A stretch of 64,000 bases of DNA from Eledone cirrhosa (taxonomy: Eukaryota), in NCBI GenBank assembly GCA_964016885.1, contig OZ024741.1, positions 21,142,001 to 21,206,000 of the forward strand, written 5' to 3'. The translations under genes were made by a program, and so were the position numbers. The notes beneath the pieces were generated by a model. It was not told where the DNA came from and ran no database searches. It worked only from the letters and a program-made list of their open reading frames with translations. This document shows, piece by piece, positions 38,255 to 57,600 of this stretch (positions are counted from its first letter, which is position 1; each line of letters opens with the position of its first letter).

Positions 38255-39590
38255 GAGCGCGTCTGGGAAGGCAACATCCACACCTGCTTCTATAAAAAAT
38301 CCGCCAGCAGGGACCTGTTCGTACATTTCAGATCGGCCCTCCCACTCGGTGCCAAGTTCGGATACATAAAGAACGAACTGGCACGTATCAAGAACAAATG
38401 CACCGACGCCAGAGACCGAGACACACACACCACACATTTCCTGGAAGTACTCAAACTGAACGGATACACGACATCCACCACAAACCGTGCCAGAAAGAAC
38501 AGAGGACACCACACCCGAAGCACTAACACTTGCTTCCTGAAGCTCCCACACTTCAGTGAAGAAACAACAACAGCCATCCGCAGAGCCATCAGACGAGAGG
38601 GACTGGATATCCAACTGGCCCACTCGGGTCCTTCTCTGCGCGGACGGCTGGCCAAGAGACACTCCACCAGACATGACAACTGCTGCAGACTAGCCAACTG
38701 CCCCATCAACGACACAGACCTATGCCACCAGGCTTACGTAGTTTACAGACTAGAGTGTGACAAATGCAACAACTTCTACGTAGGTAGCACCACCAGACCA
38801 CTCCACATAAGAATAAAAGAACACCTCAATACTAACGCTTCCTCATTTAAGAAACACCTAGTTAAATGCAAAAACACCGATAAAAACATAACAGTTAGGA
38901 TAGAAACTAAGGGAAGAAACCTCGGCAATCTTAGAATTAAGGAAGCACTTATTATAGATAAAACACATCCTCCAATCAATAATAGACTAGAGCTCAACAC
39001 CCAATTTATAACCTGATAGGGCCTCTAGCCCCATATTTACACACCCCACACACACGCTTACACCTCCACTTATTCTCTCTCACACATACACACACAAAAC
39101 CAGTTCTAACACCTACCCCCCCCCTTTTTTACGATTAGACCTTTTTTCCCCACACTCACACACACACACCCACATACCTACACCTTCATGCATTCTCCCA
39201 CACATATACAGGCACGTATATAAAATTAAAAAAAAAAAAACCCTAAACAAACCCCTCTTAAAGGGAGACTACTCTTTATCCACCTAATTTTAATTCTTTG
39301 ATATTAGAGTTAGAACAGATACTCTATACTATTTCCGGTCAGCATGGCTTGGCTAGAGATTTAAGACGCTGGTTTGAGACCTTTACTTCCCTCCGAAGAA
39401 GAGATATTATCTCGAAAATTAAGGACATTTAAATAAATTCAAGGTGAAAGACAAATTCTTAACAATATCTTTTACTATTGCATTCTTTTTTCTATGTCCA
39501 TACCTGCATTGTTTTGGCCTTATTACACATATTCAAACGTTTATACCTCATTACACAATGCTTCAAGTGAACTATAACCTCCTCATATAT
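38255..39590 (+). mobile_element. 5'-truncated Penelope-like element: RT thumb, GIY-YIG endonuclease (stop at 39016) and 3' terminal repeat
   Basis: VVYRLECDKCNNFYVGSTTRPLHIRIKEH and LRIKEALIIDKTHPPINN; hammerhead-like motif at 39390-39424. Confidence 0.92.
39390..39424 (+). ncRNA. Hammerhead-like motif (CCGAAGA core variant) in the Penelope 3' repeat
   Basis: ccu-CCGAAGA-a-gagau(auu)aucuc-GAAA-a-UUA-agg. Confidence 0.5.
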
Positions 39591-39658
39591 ATATATACAC
39601 ACAATATAATTCCTGCAAAAAATATACATTAGTATGTATGAATATATGTATATATATG

Positions 39659-40040
39659 GAGGCACATGGTTTAGTGGTTAGAGCATTGGCCTTGCAATTG
39701 AAAGGTTGTGAGTTCAATTTTCAGACCTGGTGATGTGTTGTTTCCTTGAGCAAGACACTTTATTTCACATTGCTCCAGTTTACTCAGCTGTAGAAATGAG
39801 ATGATAGGGACTGGGGTCCCTATCATTCCACTGCAAAGTGGTCGTGGAGGTGCCATGGCAAAAAAGCACCCAGCCCACACTGTAAAGTGGACGTGGAGGT
39901 GCCATGGCAAAAAAGCACCCAGCACTCACTGTAAATGAGGTTGGTGTTAGGAAGGGCATCCAGCTGTAGAAATCAAGCCAGAATCAGTTCCCGTCTCCCC
40001 CTTGCAAGCAGGGAAAAAGCGGACGTAAAATGAAATGATG
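39659..40040 (+). mobile_element. Complete tRNA/CORE-like SINE with an RTE 3'-UTR tail
   Basis: tRNA-like head; CCTTGAGCAAGACACTT core; tail GGTTGGTGTTAGGAAGGGCATCCAGC...(ATG)n shared with RTE LINE copies. Confidence 0.85.
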
Positions 40041-40860
40041 ATATATGCATATGTATGTAAAAGGTAAACAGAAATAACATTCACAATCAGTACAGTATAT
40101 GGAACGGATATATTAGGTTAACGCTTCAAATAGCAAGAAGAGGGTCTTAACGTTTCAGTCGCTAGTCCTTCATCAGAAGAAAGAATGAGAAATAAGATAG
40201 ATTGACGGGACGGGCGGGTTGGAATTGGAAAAATGTTTAGATAAAAATAACATATATATATATATATATATGCTTATGTATGTATATTTGTATATATGCA
40301 TATACATGTATCATCACTCATCTTTTTAACATCCACTTTCTCTGCTAGCAAAGGTTGGACAGGTCAACATAAACTAAGTAAATATTGAAGTGGAGCCACT
40401 GATCTGCCAGACAGGCCAGGGATCTGTGTCTCGCTTTATCTACAGTCGCACGTTCCACCAAATACAAAGGAGGGATTTTCATGTCTTTGACACAACAGAG
40501 GGTCCTCCCCACACTTTGTTTAGCAAGCTGTTTATGGCTGGATGCCCTTCCTATTGCAACCACTTTACAATGTGTACTGGGTGTGTTTACCATGTAAATC
40601 ACCAAACAGTAGAGAGGCTGTCATTGTCTTTGATACGACTGAAGGGTCCTTGTAGTATACAACATAGTTACCAATTCTGCAGGCATAAATATATACTTAC
40701 TGACATCTATGAAGCAAGTGAAAGGCATGTGGAGGTAAAAGTGTTAGTTTGCCGTGTAATTGGTAACATAGTTACTCGACAAGCAAGACATACTTGGTCT
40801 TAAATTGGTGCTTATGCCTCATCTCATTTGTATTAAAAATACTGTTTGTGTATATATATA

Positions 40861-41195
40861 TAGTGAAATAAAATAACAAGGACGATTGGTTACACCATTA
40901 TATTTATTGGTAGGTGATGCGTGTTTCGCCACTGATCAGCTCATGGTTTGATCTGTATCGATCTAGCCCGACTCTGTAATCTGCGGCTTGTCAGACCCCT
41001 TATAATGGTAATCGTAAAAGGAATATACATGAGTATACATTACCATTGTAAGGGGTCTGATGAGCCACGGATTACAGAGTCGGGCTAGATTGATACAGAT
41101 CAAACCTTGAGCTGATCAGTGGCGAAACGCGCATCACCAATCAATAAACGTAATGAAGGATGAATCAATCGTCCTTGTTATTTTTGATTTCACTA
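40861..41195. repeat. Fold-back inverted repeat (arms about 150 bp) of a Penelope-like terminal repeat
   Basis: 40861-41013 is an imperfect reverse complement of 41039-41195. Confidence 0.9.
41053..41138 (+). ncRNA. Type I hammerhead ribozyme motif with a long stem II loop
   Basis: ggu-CUGAUGA-gccac(50 nt)guggc-GAAAC-gcgc-AUC-acc. Confidence 0.65.
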
Positions 41196-41829
41196 TAATA
41201 CACTCTGTCTAGCTCTACACCTCGATACTGAAGTGAACTTAAACATCGAGTGCTTACCCAGGTGAACCTACAGTAACTCCAAGTTACACTACCTGGATAT
41301 ATATACAGTGTGTGTGTGTGTGTGTAGATAAAAAGAGTAAAGACATCCTTCAGTCTCAAATAATCATGGATTTTGTACCTAGAAAGTTCCCCTCCAGGGC
41401 ACAAGTCTAGGCAAGGGTTTTTTGTGGCAGACTAACAAGTAGCCCATGCATACCAGTCTCTCCTCTCCACGACACTGATGTTGTCCAAGGGAAAGGCAAA
41501 AGTTGATACAGCTGGGCACCAGTGAAACAGGAGCAATGGGAAATGAAGTGTCTTGCTCAAGGACACAATGCATCACCTGGTCTTGGAAGAGAACGTCTCC
41601 ATGAACCACCTAATAGAATATTAGTCTACGACTTCTTTTATACCATAAACGTGGTTCTGTCTTTGCGTGTAATTGTTTTCACCGCTCCTATTAATGACGT
41701 ATTATATTCGGTTTTTTTCCGTTCTTTGCCAGGGAACGTTTCCACGAACCAAAGTATCGTCTTCCTGTCTTCCTCTGGTTGCAACGTTTTTTAAAATATT
41801 CACTTCTGCGTTCACAGATTGACTTTGTT

Positions 41830-41880
41830 AGTTTCAGAAGATCCCGTTAAGGGTGAAAGCAGCGATTCTTTGCTTAAACT
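41830..41880 (+). ncRNA. Hammerhead-like motif with non-canonical core (CAGAAGA)
   Basis: aguuu-CAGAAGA-uccc(guuaa)gggu-GAAA-gca...ugc-UU-aaacu. Confidence 0.45.
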
Positions 41881-42109
41881 TTAATCTGTTATTTTAATAA
41901 ACCAACAGAACAACAGACAGTCCTATCTCTTCAGTGAACCGTCTGAAAATTACTACAGTTTTGGTTCATTAAGGTTGAGACCGTTTATTCCAGTGTACAT
42001 TGGGACATAATGAAAGAGGTAGAGACAAAGACAGAACAAGCTATGACTTGGTGAATTACACAAATAAAATGAAGAAATATCCCAAATACATCAACTGACA
42101 AAGAATGGG

Positions 42110-42900
42110 AAGAACCACTTTACAGGAGAGCCTAGGCACCTTTGTCTTGGCACTAGGGAGTGGGGAGTGGGGAGGAAGCTTGGAGCTATGGACAGGGTAG
42201 TAGGAGAGGTATGGTTACTGCTAAGGGAGGTGAAGGTTGAGGAAGGTGTTGCCTACTAGGCATAAGCCTCAGCCTGAGAATAATAGAGGACGGGTCTTCT
42301 GTAAAACTGCATAGCGGCAGAGGTTGCGGTTCTGTGCCATTGCCTTTGAGAGGTGTAATTGTGCAAGGTCAGTTCTTATTACCTCATCCCAAGTCTTCCT
42401 AGGCCTGCCAACACCACAGCTACCATCAACTTTGAACGCTCCCATCAAAGCCATTGGAGAGTTGTCCCACATGCCTGTTGAAGTCACCTGCAATGTGTAG
42501 GAAGTGGTTGTCATTAATTTGGGAGGTAGTGTGCATCAGAGACTCATAGAACCTGTCTTTTTGTATGTCTGGAAGTCCAAATTGAGGAGCATAGGCAGAT
42601 ATAATTGTCATAGTTGTTCTGTTTAGTACAAGCCTTAAGTTTAATTATTCTGTCATTTACTCTATTTACAGCAATAATTTTGTTTACCCACTTTTCTGCT
42701 ACCAAAATCCCAACTCCACCCAGCTCGTCATCATTTCCCCACCCAGAAAAATTTGTAGCATCGTTTTTTGCCTACGAGGAATCTAGCTGACATACCTGTC
42801 CATCTAGTCTCTTGTACACAGCACACATCAACTTTCATTCGTTCAAGCATCTCTACAATCTCTCTGGATCTACCTTTCATCGTACCAACTCTGGAATTGA
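42110..42900 (-). mobile_element. RTE LINE deletion derivative: endonuclease 5' part fused to the extreme 3' end
   Basis: AYAPQ...AGDFNRHVG joins directly to KVDGSCGVGRPRKTW at about 42435. Confidence 0.85.
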
Positions 42901-43209
42901 GGAGGGAATATGGTTATTTCTTGGAAGTACATATTTTTCATGAACAGATTAAAAACATTTTTTTAAATGATTGCTAAGGAAAATAAATGATTTTATAATT
43001 AATTTCTCTCGTTTTTCTTTAATTATTTAAAAAATTATATTTGAAAATATTAAGTCTCTTAAGTGATCTAAAGAAATGTTAATAGCGAACTCATAAGATA
43101 CTAATGTTTTCCCTGTTGAAAACACACATCAACTCAATCACTGCCCACCTAAATGGATGTAAACAAGTATATTGATCCCTATAAGATCTTTTTCTGAATT
43201 TACCCTTAA

Positions 43210-43373
43210 CCCTTTAGTATTCACATTACTCTATATTTACTATTGTATTTTTGCAGTAAAGGCTTTTTCTTACATAATATCGAATCGTTGAGATTTTGAT
43301 ATTATTTATTTTGAGAACAATACTTTAACGTCAGTATGAGGGGCCGGTTACAGCCGGTTTAAATGCTAAAGGG
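43210..43373. mobile_element. piggyBac-type MITE; further copies at 46256-46463 and 47217-47436
   Basis: TTAA|CCCTTTAG ... CTAAAGGG|TTAA. Confidence 0.85.
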
Positions 43374-43829
43374 TTAACATGGCGATCTATATTCTGATCT
43401 TGAAGTCACTGATCCTAGTCAATTGCTTCTCAAACTCTAGGGCTTTCTGTAGGAGTTTCAATATTCAAAGATAAAGGCTGGGAGGAACCCTTTAGTTGTG
43501 TCAAGGATATGACAGCCTCCTAGTGTTGGTGATCTACATGATAAAAGCACTCAGTACATGCTGTAAAGTGCTTGGTGATAGGAAGAGCATCCAGCCATAA
43601 AAAGCTTGCCAAACGAAGGGTTGAAAAGACCCTCAGTTGCACCGAAGACATGACAAGCTCTCTTGTGCACTTGGTAGAATATGAGACCATACATAAGCAA
43701 GATGCAGACCTCCCCCCACCAGCCTATCTGGAATGCCAGTAGCCCTGCTTCAGTACTTATTTGGTCTATGTAGACCCATCCAACCATTGCTAGCAGGGAA
43801 AGCAGACAATAAATGATGATGTTACCACC

Positions 43830-44345
43830 AACATGACAAAAGTTAACTTTCTGGACCTTAAAACAGGTAAGCACTTCCATTACAAGAAGCCTAATGTGGA
43901 AACTCCAAACCCCACCCAGTTATAGTTAAAAACCTGGTAAACAGGATTGGCAGAATCTCTAGCTTATCATCTGACGGAGCTGCACCCTATTAGAGGGCAC
44001 TAGTGAGAAGTGGATTTAAAGAAGAAAATAGTATAGATGGAGGATTCCCATCAGCACCTCCAAGAGAGGAGATAAAGGGCATAGTTTAAACTCCATTTAA
44101 TCTAGATGTATCAACAAACATAGGTAAGAACTTCCGGTCCCTAATTAGAAGGTACTTTCCATATTGATATAAGTACCACAAGATCTTCAACATACACAAT
44201 GTTATGGTTAGCTATTCCTGTTTAGATAGCATTTCTTCAAATACCACATTATAACAGAAACTAATGTGCACCTATACGGACACCAACATAAATTTGCCAA
44301 AACCCTATCAACTGTCTTCTGAGTGGAACCTGCTTCTCAAAGGCC
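43830..44345 (+). mobile_element. Decayed Penelope-like fragment, possibly Naiad-type
   Basis: VNFLDL, YKKPN, PFNLDVSTNIGKNF and HKIFN..NVMVSYSC across frameshifts; clade assignment from memory. Confidence 0.7.
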
Positions 44346-44370
44346 ATGCGCTAAAAATTATTCAGCAGAA

Positions 44371-44821
44371 TCTAAACTATGATAAAGTAAGGAGTGCGAG
44401 ACTGCGTATGGTTTATAATTTTTTATCCCATTAGTAAAATAAGTTGGATTACTTTGAATAAATAATGAATGAATATTACATAATTTATCTACTAAATTTC
44501 GTAGCTGTTGATAAAATATATTTTATTGGTTATTTTAAAATTTTAAAATGTCAACACTTCCGGTTAGCGATCGCTTAAATAAACATTCATATATTTCCGT
44601 CACTAATTTTCTCCTAATACAGTTTATATATAATATCGTGTTTATATATAATATCGTGATTACATAAGACAGTGTAACACAGTCTTCGTTCAACTTCTGT
44701 GGATATTGTCAATTACGATTTTATTTGATGCATCATATCTACATATATACTTGCGTATAATATCAATATACGCACTACACATGCTAGCAGAAAATCACCC
44801 GAAGCGTGGTTTTTCTGCTAG
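44371..44821 (+). mobile_element. Non-autonomous Helitron-like element
   Basis: A|TCTAAACTAT ... CTAGCAGAAAATCAC...GTGGTTTTTCTGCTAG|T; inserted between A and T. Confidence 0.75.
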
Positions 44822-45261
44822 TTGAAATAATGATTCAAAGAGTATGTATGAAAGAAAAGTGAGAGCTGAAAGGAAGAAAGAGCTGTGCTTATCAAATTAT
44901 AAGAAAATATTTAGATTTAACAAAGTCAAAAAGTCAAGATATAGAAAACATTTATTTTTCCCACAACATTTGTCTGTCCATGATATTTTATTTACATTTT
45001 TCGAAACATAAATATATTAATTCATAACCTTAATGTTCGTGTATGTACATACAGACATACATAGATAGATCATATACACACACAGAAACCATACATACAT
45101 TATGTGCATTCATTCACCACATTTAATGTAAGAGTGGAGACCACAATTTAATGTTGCTTGACACCAGTTTTCATTGGAAATCCAAAACCATTAGAAGTAC
45201 AAGAGTGATTACAAAATGCCATATTGGAATTGCTGTAATCTAAAGAGCGCCATCACCTGCA

Positions 45262-53214
<7,953 letters not shown>

Positions 53215-53334
53215 CTAGGGAAGAAAATTTGAAACCAATTAAGTATAGAAAAAACAAAAAGAAACCGAATAAATTTCCAAAATTAGAATTTGATTTTTTG
53301 CTCTCACATAGTTTTTTGGCAAAGCCAGCTGTAA

Positions 53335-53620
53335 CATCGGCTGATATTTTAAAAATCGGCTGATATATAATTTAAAAAATCAGCTGATATATAATTTAAA
53401 AAATCGGCTGATATATAATTTAAAAAATCGGCTGATATATAATTTAAAAAATCGGCTGATATATAATTTAAAAAATCGGCTGATATATAATTTAAAAAAT
53501 CAGCTGATATATAATTTAAAAAATCGGCTGATATATAATTTAAAAAATCAGCTGATATATAATTTAAAAAATCAGCTGATATATAATTTAAAAAATCAGC
53601 TGATATATATAATTTAAAAA
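53335..53620. repeat. 24-bp minisatellite (TTTAAAAAATCRGCTGATATATAA), about 11-12 copies
   Basis: Tandem unit read directly. Confidence 0.95.
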
Positions 53621-54661
53621 ATACTATATATTTTCAACAGTTCAAACGACTGGCTGAGAAGTATAGTCTTGGCAAGGGTAATAACCCAGAAACTAGTTGA
53701 CTGTTCTTTGATGCGACTGTTGAATGAACAGATGACGATGGTCATAAAACAAAACATAGCATAATGAGGCTGATCGCTTGCAAATGAATCAAATATTATT
53801 ATTATTATTATTATTAAGGGCGGTGGATTGGCAGTATCGGGAGAGGGTCGGACGCCATGCTTTGTAGCATAAAGTTGCGTCCCTTTATGATCTGAGTTCA
53901 AATCCGCCGAGATTAACTCTGCCTTTCATCCTTACGGGATTGATAAAATAAAGTACCAGTCCGAACTGGGGTCGATTTAATCAACTTTCCCCTCCCCCAA
54001 AATTGATGGCCTTGTGCCTATGTAAGAAACCATTATTATTATTATCTATCTATCTATTTATATATTACTAAAAGTCTGCAATTGCTTGCTTGCTTGTCTG
54101 TAATGTAATACAGCGAAAAGGGTTCATAATGGGAAAATACTTTGAAAGGAAGTTGCTCCTGAAATGGTGATACAAATGGAATAAAACAAGTCTCGCATAA
54201 ATCAGAGCTCGGGTTCCAGAGATATAGGTTTTTTCCGAGTACGTTCATAAAGAGAGAGAGAGATCGTGGTTGTGAGAGAATAGATTGAAAGAGACATAGA
54301 GAGAGGGAGAGGAGACAGAGAAGGAGAATCGAAGAGAGAGAGTTGGTCGTGAACCCAACAGGTCACGGGTGGTCTAGTTATATATAAAACTCATGAATAA
54401 ATGTCCCTTATGTGGGTATTACAAATATTTATTTGTTTTTAAATAAAACATTTATCTTGTTTAAAGTTTTTGTGTTTTTAAAATTATTGGTATCGAACCA
54501 AAAGAGAGGGCCTTGGAAATTACATATTTTGATGATACCCTGCCATGAATCAGAGAGCGGGAAAGGACAGAGTGGTCAATTAGGTAAAGAAAGAAGAAAA
54601 GAGAAATTGCTGTGCAACTAACGGGGACAGAGTGTTGCTTGGGAAGAACTTATAGTTGAAC

Positions 54662-57600
54662 AGAAGATGAGATGGAACGAACTTTGGTTGGTCATGGGAG
54701 CCAGTCAGAATGTGAGAAGATGAGATGGAAAGAACTTTGTTGGTCATGGGAGCCAGTCAGAATGTGAGAAGTTGAGATTGAAGGAACTTTGGTAGGTCAT
54801 GGGAGCCAGTCAGAATGTGTGAAGATGAGATGGAAGCAACTTTGGTTGGTCATGGGAGCCAGTCAGAATGTGAGAAGATGAGATGGAAAGAACTTTGGTT
54901 GATCTTGGGAGACAGTCAGAATGTGAGAAGATGAGATGGAAGGAACTTTGGTTGGTCATGTGAGCTAATCAGAATGTGAGAAGTTGAGATGGAAAGAACT
55001 TTGATTGGTCATGGGAGCCAGTCACATTGTGGGAAGATGAGATGTAAGGAACTTTGGTTGGTCATGGGAGCCAGTCAGATTGTGGGAAGATGAGATGGAA
55101 GGAACTTTGGTTTGGTGATGGGAGCCAGTCACATTGTGGGAAGATGAGATGTAAGGAACTTTGGTTGGTCATGGGAGCCAGTCAGATTGTGGGAAGATGA
55201 GATGGAAGGAACTTTGGTTGGTCATGGGAGCCAGTCAGAATGTGAGAAGATGAGATGGAAGGAACTTTGGTTGGTCATGGGAGCTAATCAGAATGTGAGA
55301 AGATGAGATGGAAGGAACTTTGGTTGGTCATGGGAGCCAGTCAGAATGTGGGAAGAACAGATGGAAGGAACTTTGGTTGGTCATGGGAGCCAGTCAGAAT
55401 GTGAGAAGATGTGAGGGAAGGAACTTTGGTTGGTCATGGGAGCCAGTCAGAATGCGAGAAGTTGAGATGGAAGGAACTTTGGTTGGTCATGGGAGCGAGT
55501 CAGAATGTGGGAAGATGAGATGGAAGGAACTTTGGTTGGTCATGGGAGCTAATCAGAATGTGAGAAGATGAGATGGAAGGAACTTTGGTTGGTCATGGGA
55601 GCAAATCAGATTGTGGGAAGATGAGATGGAAGGAACTTTGGTTGGTCATGGGAGCCAGTCAAATTGTGGGCAGATGAGATGGAAGGAACTTTGGTTGGTC
55701 ATGGGAGCCAGTCAGAATGTGGGAAGATGAGATGGAAGGAACTTTGGTTGGTCATGGGAGCCAGTCAGAATGTGGGAAGAACAGATGGAAGGAACTTTGG
55801 TTGGTCATGGGAGCCAGTCTGAATGTGAGAAGATGTGAGGGAAGGAACTTTGGTTGGTCATGGGAGCCAGTCAGAATGCGAGAAATTGAGATGGAAGGAA
55901 CTTTGGTTGGTCATGGGAGCGAGTCAGAATGTGGGAAGATGAGATGGAAGGAACTTTGGTTGGTCATGGGAGCCAGTCAGATTGTGGGCAGATGAGATGG
56001 AAGGAACTTTGGTTGGTCATGGGAGCAAGTCAGATTGTGGGAAGATGAGATGGAAGGAACTTTAGTTAGTCATGGGAGCCAGTCACATTGTGGGCAGATG
56101 AGATGGAAGGAACTTTGGTTGGTCATGGGAGCCAGTCAGATTGTGGGAAGATGAGATGGAAGGAACTTTGGTTGGTCATGGGAGCCATTCAGAATGTGAG
56201 AAGAAGAGATGGAAGGAACTTTGATTGGTCATGGGAGCCAGTCAGAATGTGAGAAGTTGAGATGGAAGGAACTTTGGTTGGTCATGGGAGCCAGTCAGAA
56301 TGTAAGAAGATAAGATGGAAGGAACTTTGGATGGTCATGGGAGCCAGTCAGAATGTGAGAAGTTGAGATGGAAGGAACTTTTGTTGGTCATGGGAGCCAG
56401 TCAGAATGTGAGAAGTTGAGATGGAAGGAACTTTTGTTGGTCATGGGAGCCAGTCAGGATGTGAGAAGATAAGATGGAAGGAACTTTGGATGGTCATGGG
56501 AGCCAGTCAGAATGTGAGAAGTTGAGATGGAAGGAACTTTTCTTGGTCATGGGAGCCAGTCAGAATGTGAGAAGTTGAGATGGAAGGAACTTTTGTTGGT
56601 CATGGGAGCCAGTCAGGATGTGAGAAAATGAGATGGAAGGAACTTTGGATGGTCATGGGAGCCAGTCAGAATGTGAGAAAATGAGATGGAAGGAACTTTG
56701 GTTGGTCATGGGAGCCAGTCAGAATGTGGGAAGAACAGATGGAAGGAACTTTGGTTGGTCATGGGAGCCAGTCAGAATGTGAGAAGATGTGAGGGAAGGA
56801 ACTTTGGTTGGTCATGGGAGCCAGTCAGAATGCGAGAAGTTGAGATGGAAGGAACTTTGGTTGGTCATGGGAGCGAGTCAGAATGTGGGAAGATGAGATG
56901 GAAGGAACTTTGGTTGGTCATGGGAGCTAATCAGAATGTGAGAAGATGAGATGGAAGGAACTTTGGTTGGTCATGGGAGCAAATCAGATTGTGGGAAGAT
57001 GAGATGGAAGGAACTTTGGTTGGTCATGGGAGCCAGTCAAATTGTGGGCAGATGAGATGGAAGGAACTTTGGTTGGTCATGGGAGCCAGTCAGAATGTGG
57101 GAAGATGAGATGGAAGGAACTTTGGTTGGTCATGGGAGCCAGTCAGAATGTGGGAAGAACAGATGGAAGGAACTTTGGTTGGTCATGGGAGCCAGTCTGA
57201 ATGTGAGAAGATGTGAGGGAAGGAACTTTGGTTGGTCATGGGAGCCAGTCAGAATGCGAGAAATTGAGATGGAAGGAACTTTGGTTGGTCATGGGAGCGA
57301 GTCAGAATGTGGGAAGATGAGATGGAAGGAACTTTGGTTGGTCATGGGAGCCAGTCAGATTGTGGGCAGATGAGATGGAAGGAACTTTGGTTGGTCATGG
57401 GAGCAAGTCAGATTGTGGGAAGATGAGATGGAAGGAACTTTAGTTAGTCATGGGAGCCAGTCACATTGTGGGCAGATGAGATGGAAGGAACTTTGGTTGG
57501 TCATGGGAGCCAGTCAGATTGTGGGAAGATGAGATGGAAGGAACTTTGGTTGGTCATGGGAGCCATTCAGAATGTGAGAAGAAGAGATGGAAGGAACTTT

